A stretch of DNA of 64,000 nucleotides from assembly GCA_003707115.1 (NCBI GenBank), contig PPNB01000002.1:186001-250000 (forward strand), in the 5' to 3' direction. Within the stretch, counting starts at the first letter, position 1. Each line of letters begins with the position of its first letter. The notes under the pieces are model-generated. The model did not search any database. It was not told where the DNA came from and was given only the letters and a program-made list of their open reading frames with translations. The position numbers and the translations under genes are program-made. Positions 10,698-22,535 of this stretch are shown piece after piece. The DNA comes from Tortispora ganteri (lineage: Eukaryota).

Positions 10698-11575
10698 AGT
10701 TGAAAGAAGAGGAAAAACACGAAGGTATTATATTAATCTCCATGGACTTCTTATCATTGGCAATGGGCTATCTGTACCCACCTGATTTCTCGCGATTAGC
10801 GATAAGATTTGTATTCATTGTGAGTTTCTCAACCAAGTAATCGACTGATACATTAATTGTGATTGGTCCAATTCTCGTTTAGGTAATGCAATCATTGCTG
10901 CAACCAACTGTCGATCGCTAAATATGGAAATGTTGAACCTTAACATTGAGAGTGCCTGAAGCTCGGCCGAAAACCAGCTGGCAGTTTAACCGCAGATATT
11001 GTATTCATGAAACTAAAATATTTTGCTCTAGTATTTCAATATTCAATTGCTACGTCAAAAATAAAGATGCTTTTCATGTGATACTAAAAATTGTGCGCTG
11101 TTAGCAGCATTCTATTACATTAAGAACGTCTTGTTGAGAGTTACCGTTGCTATGTCACAGACATTAGTCCGTCCACGAAAAGAGTTTACCAAATATATTT
11201 GTGTTTGTATAAATCTGAATCGCTTATAACTAACCAGTCTATTATGTTTTTCTCTGTTTAAAATTTATAATTTCAAAATAAAGACAATATTATGTTGCTT
11301 TATATATATTTTGTACGTGCGAAGTACAATCGTTTTAGAGCTGACAGAAGCTATAGAGATAGTCTGGTAACCGAATATTATAGCAGTGTTGCTATGTAAA
11401 TTTGACTTTAAACCACTTGAACCTCCCCCTTCAAAGAAGAACCTTGGCAAGTGATTACCAGTCAAAGAGCATCACTGTTGTAGTGATTACACGCGAAAGG
11501 ACTTCGGTTTGTATAGTCTGCAGATAAAGCATTAATTGTATATCAAGTGCAATACAGTGTACGTAAATCCCAAAA

Positions 11576-13750
11576 ATGGTCCTCATTGTTGACAATTTCG
11601 TATCACAGTACAACTTGAAGCGATCGTTGCCGTTATCGGCATTGAAAGATACTGTGCTTGGGATTGAAGCAGGATATTATGTCTCGAACTTTCTAAATAG
11701 AAGCGACAAAAAACTCTCTTTAACGAACGCTATTTCTGGCACCGTAAAGTCCATAGAATTGGAATTAGATGCGGATTTAGAGAAACTACGCAACTCTGGC
11801 ATCAAGATTCTGTTTGTCTTCGATGGAATAACTCTTCTGCCTGTAGCAGAAGCTCAACTCACATTAGAATCTTCAAAATCGTCTAGAAGGCTCGCAGCAT
11901 GGAATTCTTATGCTTCAGGCTACATAGACGCAGGAAAAGACATGTTTGCCGAAAGCGGAATACCTCCTGAACATACTTATTTCCACCTTCTCCAGAAACT
12001 GCTAATCGACAGGGGTATAGCTTATCTAGTGGCACCTAATTCTTCATGGGCACAATTGGCTTTTATGCATTCTGAGAAACTCATAGGTGCTGTTATGGCT
12101 TCTACCGAGACCTTCTTATACCCAGTCGACAAGCTTATCACCTCTATCGACCATGCCTCAGAATCTTTTTCTTACATATCTCTCAATGTGCTATTAGGTG
12201 AGCTTAAAATGAAACATGAGCTTTTTGTCGATTGCTGCATTCTCAATGGAACCGCGATATCTCCTCCCTTTACGCCCGTCCAAGGCGCTATTCCCTTTCC
12301 CGGATCACCACTAGGGTTTAGAGTAGCTCGCGACATAATCGCTCCTTACTTAACTGCTACAAATGCTCTTATCTCCTATGAATCTTCAGGACAGAATACC
12401 TATCTCTCGAAATATAAATTGGCTCTCGGAGTCCTTCGTTTCCACCCGGTGATTACAAACAAAGGTCATGTGCGGCCTATGAACGAAACCGAGCTTCCTA
12501 GCGATGTCCACACTCTGATATCAGAGCGTCTAAGTGATGAGATGTATTATTATATGTCACGTGGACTAATATCTCCAGAACTATTTTCTATAATAGTTTT
12601 GGGTAGGATAGTTATCCCCCCTCCTCTATCGAATTCGCCAACAGCTGACATTAAGAATCTCATACAAGGACTCACAAAGTACTGGACAGAAACGCTAAAC
12701 GTTTTAACAATGCCAGCCAGCCGCTACTTCCACGTTAAAAAAATAAAACTGATTTCATGGTACGCGCAAGATAGCGCTACAGAGCTCACATATAGATTTT
12801 CTCCTCCCGTCTACTCTAAGACCTATTCGTTTCTGGGATCTAAGGAGAAACTCCAGAAGGCTGGGATTCTTTCTATTGGTGCTATCAAATACGCCAATGT
12901 ATTTTCTGCTTATGAAGAAACGAGTTTTGCTAACGACGTTAAAAATGATATGGAATCAGAATCTAAAATGGATTCAATACAATCTTTGGAAGCAGCAGCG
13001 GCTACAGCCTTTGCTAGACATCTAATTTTGACAGGATACATAGAAAGTGGAACGAATAATCTGACTAAGAGAGGCCAGGCGTTTGCTGCCGCCTTAGCTT
13101 CACTATCATCTCAACTTCTTAAAGATAGTCTTTTTGAGCCTCTTTATATTTTCTGCGAACTGGTAAGAAATGGTGGATTTGCACTAGATTCAATGAATGT
13201 GGCGGATGAACGCTTATCATCTTCTAACATTTTGCAATTGCTTGCGGCATGCTTACAGCTTGATGCAGATCCTTTACCATATGCAGGTCCCCTTAATAAA
13301 TGGTTATTGTCATTCAACAGTTGTATTCTGTTGACTACAAAATCGTTGAGATGGTCTCTTGAAAGTTGCCTTTCTACAATGTTATGCTCTGGCACAGTCC
13401 CTCGCACGAATTTCTCTAATCAGGAATGGTCCAGACTAGCCTGCTCTATGCCTTTTTCAAAATATCCGAGCACTGAATTTGCCATTGCAGTAAACGAATA
13501 CCTGGTCCGAACCGGGCAGAATGTCTCCCGTGCTGATGTTGTGGCAACTATTGAACAGACATTCCATACTAGAAACTTTACAGATAATTTAGTTCGTCTC
13601 AAACTATTCGCTAAAGCTATTATACAATTCATACGCATTCTAAAAGAGAATGATGTTGAGCTAATTGACAATAATAAGAGACGATCTGAGGAACTATCTG
13701 ATTTGTTCTTCTCGGCAGAAAAAGAAATTGACACGACTTTACCGTATTGA
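11576..13750 (+). CDS. MKT1: Mkt1, XPG/PIN-like post-transcriptional regulator
   Basis: XPG-N-like LGIE...LFVFDG, XPG-I-like YLVAP.S.WAQLAFM, and the Mkt1 motif LPSDVH.LIS.RL.DE.YYY.S.GL. Confidence 0.88.
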   Translation: MVLIVDNFVSQYNLKRSLPLSALKDTVLGIEAGYYVSNFLNRSDKKLSLTNAISGTVKSIELELDADLEKLRNSGIKILFVFDGITLLPVAEAQLTLESSKSSRRLAAWNSYASGYIDAGKDMFAESGIPPEHTYFHLLQKLLIDRGIAYLVAPNSSWAQLAFMHSEKLIGAVMASTETFLYPVDKLITSIDHASESFSYISLNVLLGELKMKHELFVDCCILNGTAISPPFTPVQGAIPFPGSPLGFRVARDIIAPYLTATNALISYESSGQNTYLSKYKLALGVLRFHPVITNKGHVRPMNETELPSDVHTLISERLSDEMYYYMSRGLISPELFSIIVLGRIVIPPPLSNSPTADIKNLIQGLTKYWTETLNVLTMPASRYFHVKKIKLISWYAQDSATELTYRFSPPVYSKTYSFLGSKEKLQKAGILSIGAIKYANVFSAYEETSFANDVKNDMESESKMDSIQSLEAAAATAFARHLILTGYIESGTNNLTKRGQAFAAALASLSSQLLKDSLFEPLYIFCELVRNGGFALDSMNVADERLSSSNILQLLAACLQLDADPLPYAGPLNKWLLSFNSCILLTTKSLRWSLESCLSTMLCSGTVPRTNFSNQEWSRLACSMPFSKYPSTEFAIAVNEYLVRTGQNVSRADVVATIEQTFHTRNFTDNLVRLKLFAKAIIQFIRILKENDVELIDNNKRRSEELSDLFFSAEKEIDTTLPY

Positions 13751-13887
13751 TCTTATATCACTATTCGGCTTTCGCATTTCATGATTTCATTTACGAATAT
13801 AACTCACTATATCACTTTATTCGTAATATTTATTTTTAACTCAAAAACCTGGTCATAAGGATACTTTAGTTATTTGGTATAATTGTT

Positions 13888-16563
13888 TCACGCAGAGTGC
13901 ATCTCCACATCCGGGGCGCTCGCATGCACTCCACTGGAGTTCTGATTTTCGGTTTCATCAGCAGGTCCATCGCTACCATTATTAGATCGAGTAGTAGTGT
14001 CTGCTCGATTAGATCTGTGAGAATGCAAGGAATGATGCGTAGTATTTGGTTCCATGCACCAATGTCTATGATAAAACCATGCTCTAGATTGACACTCTTT
14101 GCTGCAATATTTGGTTCTTCGACATCTGCGACACTTAGCAAACTGTCTAGGTTTTTCTTCCCACTTACCACAATCAAAGCATGCACATTGTCGCACACCG
14201 CCACGACTCTCATCTCGACGGCATGCGTTGCGCATTATCACACCAGCCCAATATTGAATCTCACTAACATGGTGTTTTACAGTAAACCTTTCAACCAAAG
14301 GAAATATGTTGATTAGCGCCGTTTTGTATTCGTCTGCAATTAAATCCTCGTCATCAGAATCTGACCATGTATCTTCAAGATCTTCGACAGCCATATCATA
14401 GTTTATACTAAGAGAAATACCAAGCGAGTCGCAATTTGAACCTGAATTGATCACATAATCTGGGGACAATTTCACGTTAGAGTTGAAATCATTATATTGT
14501 AGACTGAATACATCTGGCATACTCTCCACATTCGAATCTCTGTCAGAGGAAGTAGAAATAGGCAGAGCTTGAAACTCGTATTCGTGCTGCTGAACCAAAG
14601 ACAGTCCTGGTCCTTTGTAAGATTTGTTTTGAAACTGTTTAGGGACACATAGAGGAGGAATATTAGCTTCTCGCACACTTAGTGATGGCACTAAATGGCT
14701 TTTCTGGAAATAAGGCTTTAGATAAGTGTACTTGGAAACATAAGCCAGAAGTTGAAGAGCCCAGACAATATCTTCGTCACGAGGAATGTTCATGTTCATG
14801 TTGGTCTGCTCTAAAAGAAGAAAATCGAGCATGCTATTTAAATAAACGGATCCTGTTTCATTCTCGTCTTGGCTATTACCATGAGGAAATAACGACAATT
14901 GCTCCTCGACATTTCGCAGGATCTCAGTTTGTTCAACATTTGCTGTGTCATGAGGTCTGTTATTTAGTTGCGATGTCCAAACATGTGTTCCAGGAATTTG
15001 AGGGTCAAGGAGATTAGTCATCTCAAAAGTATTGGCATTCATATCATCCTCTTGATTCTCCTCTGCGTCTAATTCCATGGTACCTTCTGAATTTCCAATC
15101 AAACTGGGGTCATTATGGCCAACAATAGTGGGCCGACGACCTTGCGGGGCCTGTGCAGGGGGAGGGGTATCTGGAAAAGGCATTGGAGTCGGTGCATTGG
15201 AATCATCATCCCCGAGTTGAGCAAAGTGTCTGTTATCAAGACGTAAACGCCGCATATTTAGTATAGAATCAGAAGTTGCAGCAGTATATCTAGCTCCCGT
15301 AATTAGCCTTGAAGTAGAAGCATTAAAATGCCTTAATGGACCAGATCGGGTTTCCGCAGTATCATTTTCGTCAGAGTCATTATTCTCAACCACTGTAAGC
15401 GTACTTTGGCTTCGTAAAGGCATATCAACGTCAACATCATCCGCGTCTGTGTTTATCGATGTAGAAGATGCAGGTATAAACGTATTAGTTTCATCCATAG
15501 CTATCGACCTAGAAGAATTAGTGGAATAGTCGTCCAAAGGATCTTCGTTGCGAGTCAAAAAAGAAGATAGCACACCAGATCCCATTGCTCTTCGGCGAGG
15601 CATTGGAGCCGTGAGGGAATTTTCAGAACCCGATAAATTTTCAGTTGAATCCTGCATAGGTCCACGTTTAGACACGCGAGAAGTTGCAGTATTACTGCTG
15701 TTAACTTCATTTTGAATTCTATTGCGCCCTGATGTCACGGGGCAATACCTGAAAATATCAGCCATGTGATGATTGAAGATAGACAGCACCAAAAATTGAG
15801 ATTGGGAGCTGACACCATATGCACGTAGGCGCCGTGACAATTCTGATGATAAGTTGTCGATTATAGCAAAGAGTTCATCCATATTAAGATCGGAAGGAAT
15901 ATCCTTAGGATCAGGGAACACATGCTCAATAGCGCGGTATATAGGACGATGCTCAGGGGAACTAGCGTATATGGCATTGAATGTTGAAAGGAGGCGTGTG
16001 AATAAAAGAGGAAGATCACGCAGAGCTGATGTTGGTGATAATCTGGTATTTCCTAAACTGAGAAAAGAAGCATATGCAGCTTCAGGCGGGCGCTGAAAAG
16101 CAGGCATAAGAGATGCAGGCGAGGGAGAATCGATATTATCAGAAGAAAAATTTTTGCTTGGGCGTTTGAGACGATCCGAAACTTCGAGGTAGTTATCCAA
16201 AAGAGTGGCAAGGATAGGGACTATGCCAGCCTCTACTACCCGACGACGGACTATTTCAGGACCGCGTACAGCCAATGCGACGAGAGATTGAAAAGCAAGG
16301 CTCCATTTCCAAGTTACCAAGGTGTTTCTCGTACGTGGGAGTCCACACTCTTTGAGGATGCTCACGAGTCGTTCGACGCCGCCATCAGCGGCAAGAGACT
16401 CGCGCACCCTAGCAGAGCTTTGAGCGAGGAAAGACAAATGATTCAAGCTGTTAACTAGAGGAGCATCTGACGTACAATCTAAAGCTCTTCTGTCGTAGAG
16501 CTGAGATGTTATATTGATGGCGGCTTTGTTAGCGGCGATAGAGGAGAAGTTGACTTCTCTCAT
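13888..16563 (-). CDS. MUB1: MYND-type zinc finger protein Mub1/SamB
   Basis: N-terminal MRE.NF....NKA...ITSQLYDRRALDCTS and C-terminal RQCA...CGKWE..PRQFAKCRRCRRTKYCSKECQ..AW..HRHWC. Confidence 0.93.
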   Translation of the reverse strand: MREVNFSSIAANKAAINITSQLYDRRALDCTSDAPLVNSLNHLSFLAQSSARVRESLAADGGVERLVSILKECGLPRTRNTLVTWKWSLAFQSLVALAVRGPEIVRRRVVEAGIVPILATLLDNYLEVSDRLKRPSKNFSSDNIDSPSPASLMPAFQRPPEAAYASFLSLGNTRLSPTSALRDLPLLFTRLLSTFNAIYASSPEHRPIYRAIEHVFPDPKDIPSDLNMDELFAIIDNLSSELSRRLRAYGVSSQSQFLVLSIFNHHMADIFRYCPVTSGRNRIQNEVNSSNTATSRVSKRGPMQDSTENLSGSENSLTAPMPRRRAMGSGVLSSFLTRNEDPLDDYSTNSSRSIAMDETNTFIPASSTSINTDADDVDVDMPLRSQSTLTVVENNDSDENDTAETRSGPLRHFNASTSRLITGARYTAATSDSILNMRRLRLDNRHFAQLGDDDSNAPTPMPFPDTPPPAQAPQGRRPTIVGHNDPSLIGNSEGTMELDAEENQEDDMNANTFEMTNLLDPQIPGTHVWTSQLNNRPHDTANVEQTEILRNVEEQLSLFPHGNSQDENETGSVYLNSMLDFLLLEQTNMNMNIPRDEDIVWALQLLAYVSKYTYLKPYFQKSHLVPSLSVREANIPPLCVPKQFQNKSYKGPGLSLVQQHEYEFQALPISTSSDRDSNVESMPDVFSLQYNDFNSNVKLSPDYVINSGSNCDSLGISLSINYDMAVEDLEDTWSDSDDEDLIADEYKTALINIFPLVERFTVKHHVSEIQYWAGVIMRNACRRDESRGGVRQCACFDCGKWEEKPRQFAKCRRCRRTKYCSKECQSRAWFYHRHWCMEPNTTHHSLHSHRSNRADTTTRSNNGSDGPADETENQNSSGVHASAPDVEMHSA

Positions 16564-17715
16564 TGTATTAGTACAAATGTGAAAGAAGCTAGAGAAAGGA
16601 GCTATGCGAGATTGCTAGAGTAGATGTGTTCGAATAGGAAAAAAAAAAAAGAGAAGCGCCACGGAAGGCTGATCAGTGAGCTATGGAAACTCGGCGTAAA
16701 AGTCAAAAGTATGCTCGTGTAGGTGTTAGAACGCAAGACCCTGTGGTAAACGAGTCTTTTGAGGGATAGAAGAAGTCCCTTATTAGGTTTTTCTTTGTTT
16801 GGGTCTCAGTATTCGCTAAGATTCCAAGATAGATAAATAGCGAGAAATGTAATAGGGTGTTTGTGCTTGTGTGACCCTTCTTGTCTCGTTTAGGAGGAGT
16901 AAGACAGAAAGCAGAGAGAGTGAGAAAAAAAACTAAACAGACGCGATGCTAAACAGGGTTAGAGGATACAAATAATAGTAAAATCAAGGATTTTACAAAA
17001 TATTTGTCTACGGATCCAAGGTAAGACGATGTAAAGTGTCTTATAAAGGAAGCTGGAGTCAAGGAAAAAGGAAGGCGAGTTAAAAATGGGTGTCAGCTAA
17101 AGAAAGGTAGGTAGGTGTTTGTGTTGGCAAGGAAGGGCGAATAATAGAGTTTCTAAACTTCTTTGGGACCCACCCTTATTGTCCCATCGCCCCTTTATTG
17201 CCTTACTTGGAGAAATATACATTACATTTGGGACAACGGTTTTGCCCGAACTTGCAGGACAAGAAGGTGTTTTCCCGATTTAATGCTGCAACTCGATAAC
17301 CTTTAATACGACGACCTTTTAAAGTTTAAAGATGTTCGCTATTTGACTATATCGCCACTTAGACCTCCTTTCGCACCGATCGATACAGTTGTTTCATTCA
17401 CTGTAGTTCAATCACTAGCAAGGTCAGCTCACGTATGATTTTTGTTCTAGCTGCTATGAGTTCTGCGACGCTAAACGATCTTAAACATGAGGTTCCGTCT
17501 TCGAATTCCATAAGTTTGATTGAACGTAACCAAAGCTAAGCTTTACCAGCTTAGTTATTAATCAGCAATTTGTTCTAAACCTTAAAAGTGCTCGAACTGT
17601 CGACAAAACCAGTCCCGTTCGCCCACCCATTGGGATGCAAGGTATACCCACTCACTGTTTTCCTCTTGGTACAAAACTCTAATTCGACACGTCCCTGAAC
17701 AGAAACAACATCAAA

Positions 17716-20496
17716 ATGGCTGCAGATCGCGATGATCAACGTTTCGCCTCATACTACAAATCCCTAGAAGAAACAGAAGGTCTTATTCGAATTTTTGAGC
17801 GCCCCGATTACTATACCTGTCACGGCGCGAATGCCACTTTCATCGCCCACTTCGTGTACAAGACTGCATCGGCTCTCAAGCATTATGGCGGTCTCGCGAG
17901 CGTGTCTATGTCTCCAGCCGTGCTGAAAGCCTTCCTCAAAGACGCGTTGCACAATAAGAGCCTCAGAATAGAAATTCTCACTGGCTCTGGCTCTAGCTGG
18001 AAAGTTTCCAAACGTGCTAGCCCCGGCAACTTACAAGACATTGACGATCTTATCGAGGCCGAAACTCCGCCTGTAATAATGGCCGTCAAGATATCTCTCA
18101 AGCAAGACGAAAGACTCGTTGGAGTCTCATTTGCGGACGCATCTGCAAAATCTCTCGGTATATCGGAGTTCATTGACAACGATATATATTCAAATCTCGA
18201 GGCATTCGCCATCCAACTAGGTGTAAAGGAGGCAATATTCCCTACTATCGATCGCGCTAAGGAACCAGATATGGCAAAGGCTATAGACACTTTGGACCGT
18301 TGTGGAATAATAATCACTTTACGTAAATCCTCAGACTTTGCCTCTAAAGATGTCGAATCCAATCTAACCAAACTTCTTGACTCAGAACTTAATGCTGATT
18401 CTTCCTACAGACCAACTATCCTTGCGTTGTCTCAACTCAAAAATGCTCAGGCCGCTGCTTCTGCCATAGTAGAGTACTTATCGCTGATGGCTGATCCATC
18501 AAACTACGGTAACTACAAACTATACCAGCACGAACTCTCTCACTACATGAAACTCGACTCTTCCGCTCTCAAAGCACTCAACTTAATGCCCGGCCTGAGA
18601 GATAGCAACAAGACAATGTCTCTTTTTGGTCTACTCAACAACTGCAAGACAATAGGAGGAACTAGACTACTTAACCAGTGGCTCAAGCAACCTTTAATGG
18701 ACATCGAAGAAATCCAAACGCGCCATGATATTCTCGACACTTTCAATGCCAACTCTGAAATCCGCGATGCCGTACAATCAGACGGTCTGAAGTCTATTCC
18801 AGATATCAGAAGAATGTGCAGACGATTTCAGCGTGGAAATGCCACACTCGAGGACGTCGTGAAGGCTTATCAGGTTTCCACTCGTCTTCCAGTGCTCATA
18901 AAGGCTTTGAACCATGTTCGAATGTCCGAGGGCGAACCGAATATATACATAGAAGCCATTGAATCGGTGTATATAAATCCGCTTGAGGAAAGGATGACTG
19001 CTTTGCTTAAACTGCAGGAACTCGTGGAGAACACTATCGATCTTGATGCCTTGGATCGCCACGAGTATCTAGTGCGCGCTGATTTTGATGAGTCTCTTAA
19101 AGCTGCTCGACAAGAAATTGATAAACTTAGAGAACATATGTCAGATATTCATCACAGCGTTGCAGATGATTTAGGTATTGATGTTGAAAAGAAACTCAAG
19201 TTGGAACAACACCAAGTTTATGGCTGGTGCTTCAGAGTCACGCGTGCAGATTCGTCGTGCCTCAGAGGAAAGACAAACTCTAAGTCGGGCGGATACTCCG
19301 AGATATCTACACAAAAGGCAGGTGTATACTTTACCACCTCTGCATTGTCTAAGGCATCACAAGAATTCCAGGACTTGACGCGTGACTATCATAAGACTCA
19401 GAGTGGCCTCGCAAAAGAGATTATAGGTGTATCAGCGACGTACATCCCGGTACTTGAGAGCCTATCCGAACTAATATCACATTTAGATGTAATGATCGCG
19501 TTTTCTGAGGCTAGTACGAATGCTCCGATCCCTTATATTCGTCCAAAGATGCATGCTCAGTCTTCTGAAGAAGGCCACACTGCCAGAATTGTGTTGAAGA
19601 ATGCTAGACACCCTTGCTTAGAAGTGCAAGAGGGAGTAGCGTTTATTCCCAATGATGTCAACTTAATAAGAGGAGAAGCAGAATTTGGCATTATTACTGG
19701 ACCAAACATGGGTGGTAAGTCTACTTACATTCGGCAAGTGGGTGTGATTACGCTTCTTGCGCAGATTGGCTGTTTTGTACCATGTGACGAGGCAGAACTT
19801 ACAGTCTGCGATTCTATTTTGGCTAGGGTAGGAGCAGGTGACTCACAGCTGAAAGGAGTTTCTACTTTTATGGCTGAAATGCTAGAAACTGCAACGATTT
19901 TGAAGTCTGCTACGGCGGACTCACTGATTATTATTGACGAGCTTGGCCGAGGTACTTCCACGTACGATGGATTTGGACTAGCTTGGGCGATCAGCCGCCA
20001 CATTATCGATAAAATACATTGTTTTGGTCTTTTTGCTACACATTTCCACGAACTTACGCGACTAGCAGCCGATGAAAAGGTTGGCCATCTGGTCAGGAAT
20101 TTGCATGTAGCTGCGCACATCGGTGGACAAGGATCTGATACCAGCAAGGAGGATATTACACTGTTATACAAAGTTGAGCCTGGTGTCTCGGATCAATCAT
20201 TTGGTATCCACGTTGCGGAGCTGGTAAAGTTTCCAGAAAAAGTGATCAATATGGCGAAACGGAAAGCCTCATCTCTTGAAGAGGCTGAGAAGAACGACTC
20301 TGAAGCTGAATCCGAGGAAACGCAGAAAGAGTATGAAGTCATGCGCGAGGTTTTAAAGTCATGGAGAGACGATATTGGTAACAATCCGCGGTCTGTTAGT
20401 AAAGAACAGCTACTTGACTCGCTGAAACGCCAGATCAAAAAACATAAAACTGATCTGGAAAATTCTGTATTATTTAAAGAACTTGCAGCGATGTAA
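17716..20496 (+). CDS. MSH2: DNA mismatch repair ATPase MutS homolog 2
   Basis: Motifs TGPNMGGKSTYIRQ, DSQLKGVSTFMAEMLE, IIIDELGRGTSTYDGFGLA and SFGIHVAE. Confidence 0.97.
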   Translation: MAADRDDQRFASYYKSLEETEGLIRIFERPDYYTCHGANATFIAHFVYKTASALKHYGGLASVSMSPAVLKAFLKDALHNKSLRIEILTGSGSSWKVSKRASPGNLQDIDDLIEAETPPVIMAVKISLKQDERLVGVSFADASAKSLGISEFIDNDIYSNLEAFAIQLGVKEAIFPTIDRAKEPDMAKAIDTLDRCGIIITLRKSSDFASKDVESNLTKLLDSELNADSSYRPTILALSQLKNAQAAASAIVEYLSLMADPSNYGNYKLYQHELSHYMKLDSSALKALNLMPGLRDSNKTMSLFGLLNNCKTIGGTRLLNQWLKQPLMDIEEIQTRHDILDTFNANSEIRDAVQSDGLKSIPDIRRMCRRFQRGNATLEDVVKAYQVSTRLPVLIKALNHVRMSEGEPNIYIEAIESVYINPLEERMTALLKLQELVENTIDLDALDRHEYLVRADFDESLKAARQEIDKLREHMSDIHHSVADDLGIDVEKKLKLEQHQVYGWCFRVTRADSSCLRGKTNSKSGGYSEISTQKAGVYFTTSALSKASQEFQDLTRDYHKTQSGLAKEIIGVSATYIPVLESLSELISHLDVMIAFSEASTNAPIPYIRPKMHAQSSEEGHTARIVLKNARHPCLEVQEGVAFIPNDVNLIRGEAEFGIITGPNMGGKSTYIRQVGVITLLAQIGCFVPCDEAELTVCDSILARVGAGDSQLKGVSTFMAEMLETATILKSATADSLIIIDELGRGTSTYDGFGLAWAISRHIIDKIHCFGLFATHFHELTRLAADEKVGHLVRNLHVAAHIGGQGSDTSKEDITLLYKVEPGVSDQSFGIHVAELVKFPEKVINMAKRKASSLEEAEKNDSEAESEETQKEYEVMREVLKSWRDDIGNNPRSVSKEQLLDSLKRQIKKHKTDLENSVLFKELAAM

Positions 20497-20821
20497 AAAG
20501 TCGTTATTCTAATAAATACTATAATTTATTATTTTATATATTTATTATTCGATGCCGCATGTTTTTCAATTTTTTTTTTTTATCTTTTCTGGTCTAAACG
20601 AACCCTCGAACTCTGGAACCGGCAGTATCGAAGGACCCTTAAGCCATCTTATTAAGAAGATGTAGATCGTACTACCACCTCGTCCCCCCCAATCTTCACC
20701 ACATTATTAACACACTCACTTCCTTTAACAGACGTGAAACTTATAATTCAACGATAACACAAGGGCTGGAACCTAGTTATTGCATTATAATTTGCATAAA
20801 TAGTGTATTTTTTATGTTTAA

Positions 20822-22535
20822 ATGGAATTAGAGTACAATATTGATACACGCGAAGAGTTCTGGGAAGGTAAGTATCATTATCTTTTATAACCCACGCTTT
20901 TAACAATCTAACAATTTAAAAGAACTAAAAATCCTGTCATCTAATGTTGCTATATCTTCTGATTCAAGCTCTAGAATATTAATCAAATATTTATCATTGG
21001 GCCAGTGTTTTCTAGACTCTTACCTTGAAAAAGATGATGCAATGGTTCGTTTTGCTCTGATGTTCCTTGATTCGGAAACGTTTAGACGAAACAAGGCACA
21101 TTTGGTCTCCAAACTCGCTAAACTGTTTGCAGATCAGTATATAGTGCCGAAAAGAGATGTTCTTGCTTGTCTGTTTTTGCTATGCCACGGTAAAACACAC
21201 CCGGAAACTTATCAAATCCTTTGCGATGAACCTGCTTTCCCTAAACTTATCAATATCATCTATTACCACAGAACCTTGAACGACTGGCTATTTAGATTTA
21301 GCTTGGACTTGCTCTTTGAAATATCTCGAATAAGAAAATTACCACTTAATTACCTGGCGCTGGTCGACCACAATTTTCTCATGTACACTATGGACCTCAT
21401 CGAATCAGATGCAGACTATATCGGGAAAGACGAGTTCAGCAGCTCTTTACTGAAAATCATCCTAGTTTTCAATGAACAATTTATGTTAAAAGATCCTGCT
21501 GACTCAACCGCTGATGATACCCCGTATTCAAGCGCGTCTGAAACTTCTGACTACTTTCAACAGCAGCAGCCTTCTTACTCAAATGCAAAATCACCTTTCT
21601 CTACACTCTCGGACAATCCCTTGATAGATTTGATAGCTGTCAAACGTCATAAATACCCAAATTTTGGTCACAATTTGGTCCTTCTTTTTAACCGAAACAG
21701 AAACCATAGCTTGCAACTTCTTATACTCAAGCTCTTATACTGCATTTTCACCAACAATTGTACTGTCGACTACTTTTACTTGAACGATCTTTACGTCATA
21801 GTTGATATATTTATTCGCCAGCTAACTGATCTCTCCTCTGACAAAGACAATCTGCGAAACGCGTACCTTCGCGTTCTTGATCCTATATTGCATAGCGAAG
21901 AACTGAAAGCTAATCAGTACAAGCGCGACGACCTATACATTCTTTTGTTTGGCCTTGCATCTGAGTCTCATTTTGCAGAAGTATCCTCTACCACCAGGCG
22001 TTTGGCGCATAGATGCATATCTGTTGACTGGGTCTGTCGCAACGACTCGCTTCCGCCTGACCCTGCTGATTCACCTCCAACCGTCAACATCGTTCCTCCT
22101 CTTCCAACGCCTCCGCCAATAGCAACCTACATGAGATCAAACACAAACTCTTCATCGGCTCCTGATCTACCTGCTTTAGCTAAATTGTCTCTTAATGATG
22201 GTTCTGAAGTGAACCATAGGCCAAATTTCGAGGCATCACTAAACTCCACTACGCAGTTACAGTCTGCGAATATTGCTCAAAGAAGAGCACGATGGCCCCG
22301 CAGACCTCCACCTCCACCCCCAAGGAGTCGTGGCGTCAGCGTATGTAGCAGGAACCCGCTAGACTCTGCTGAAGACCTCCACCCGATCAGTTCCGAGCCT
22401 TTAGGACTTCCGGTTCATGCGGCGGGGCATTTCTCTCAAAAGAGACAAAGGAACACTTCACTATCTATCTCACCGGCAGTCACTCCACCAAGGCCTCGCA
22501 GCGTCGCTCCTAGCATGCCTTCATCGCGATCATAG
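20822..22535 (+). CDS. LDB17: Ldb17/SPIN90-family endocytosis and actin regulator; two exons (20822-20867, 20923-22535)
   Basis: Splicing gives MELEYNIDTREEFWEELK... in frame with the track ORF. SPIN90/DUF2013 motifs FG.NLVLL.NR and YFYLNDL.V.VDIFIR.L.DL, plus a Pro-rich tail. Confidence 0.85.
20868..20922 (+). other. Spliceosomal intron (55 nt) in LDB17
   Basis: GTAAGT donor at 20868, branch-like TCTAAC near 20907-20912, AAG acceptor ending 20922. Removal joins ATG 20822 in frame to the ORF. Confidence 0.85.

Noticed and set aside
17635..17702. Possible MSH2 5' intron (ATGCAAG|GTATAC...CTAAT...CAG)
   Set aside because: Non-consensus donor, and splicing would leave the upstream ATG out of frame with the Msh2 ORF.
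20595..20640. Minus-strand GTTCGAG resembling a tRNA T-loop
   Set aside because: No cloverleaf, A box or acceptor stem could be built around it.
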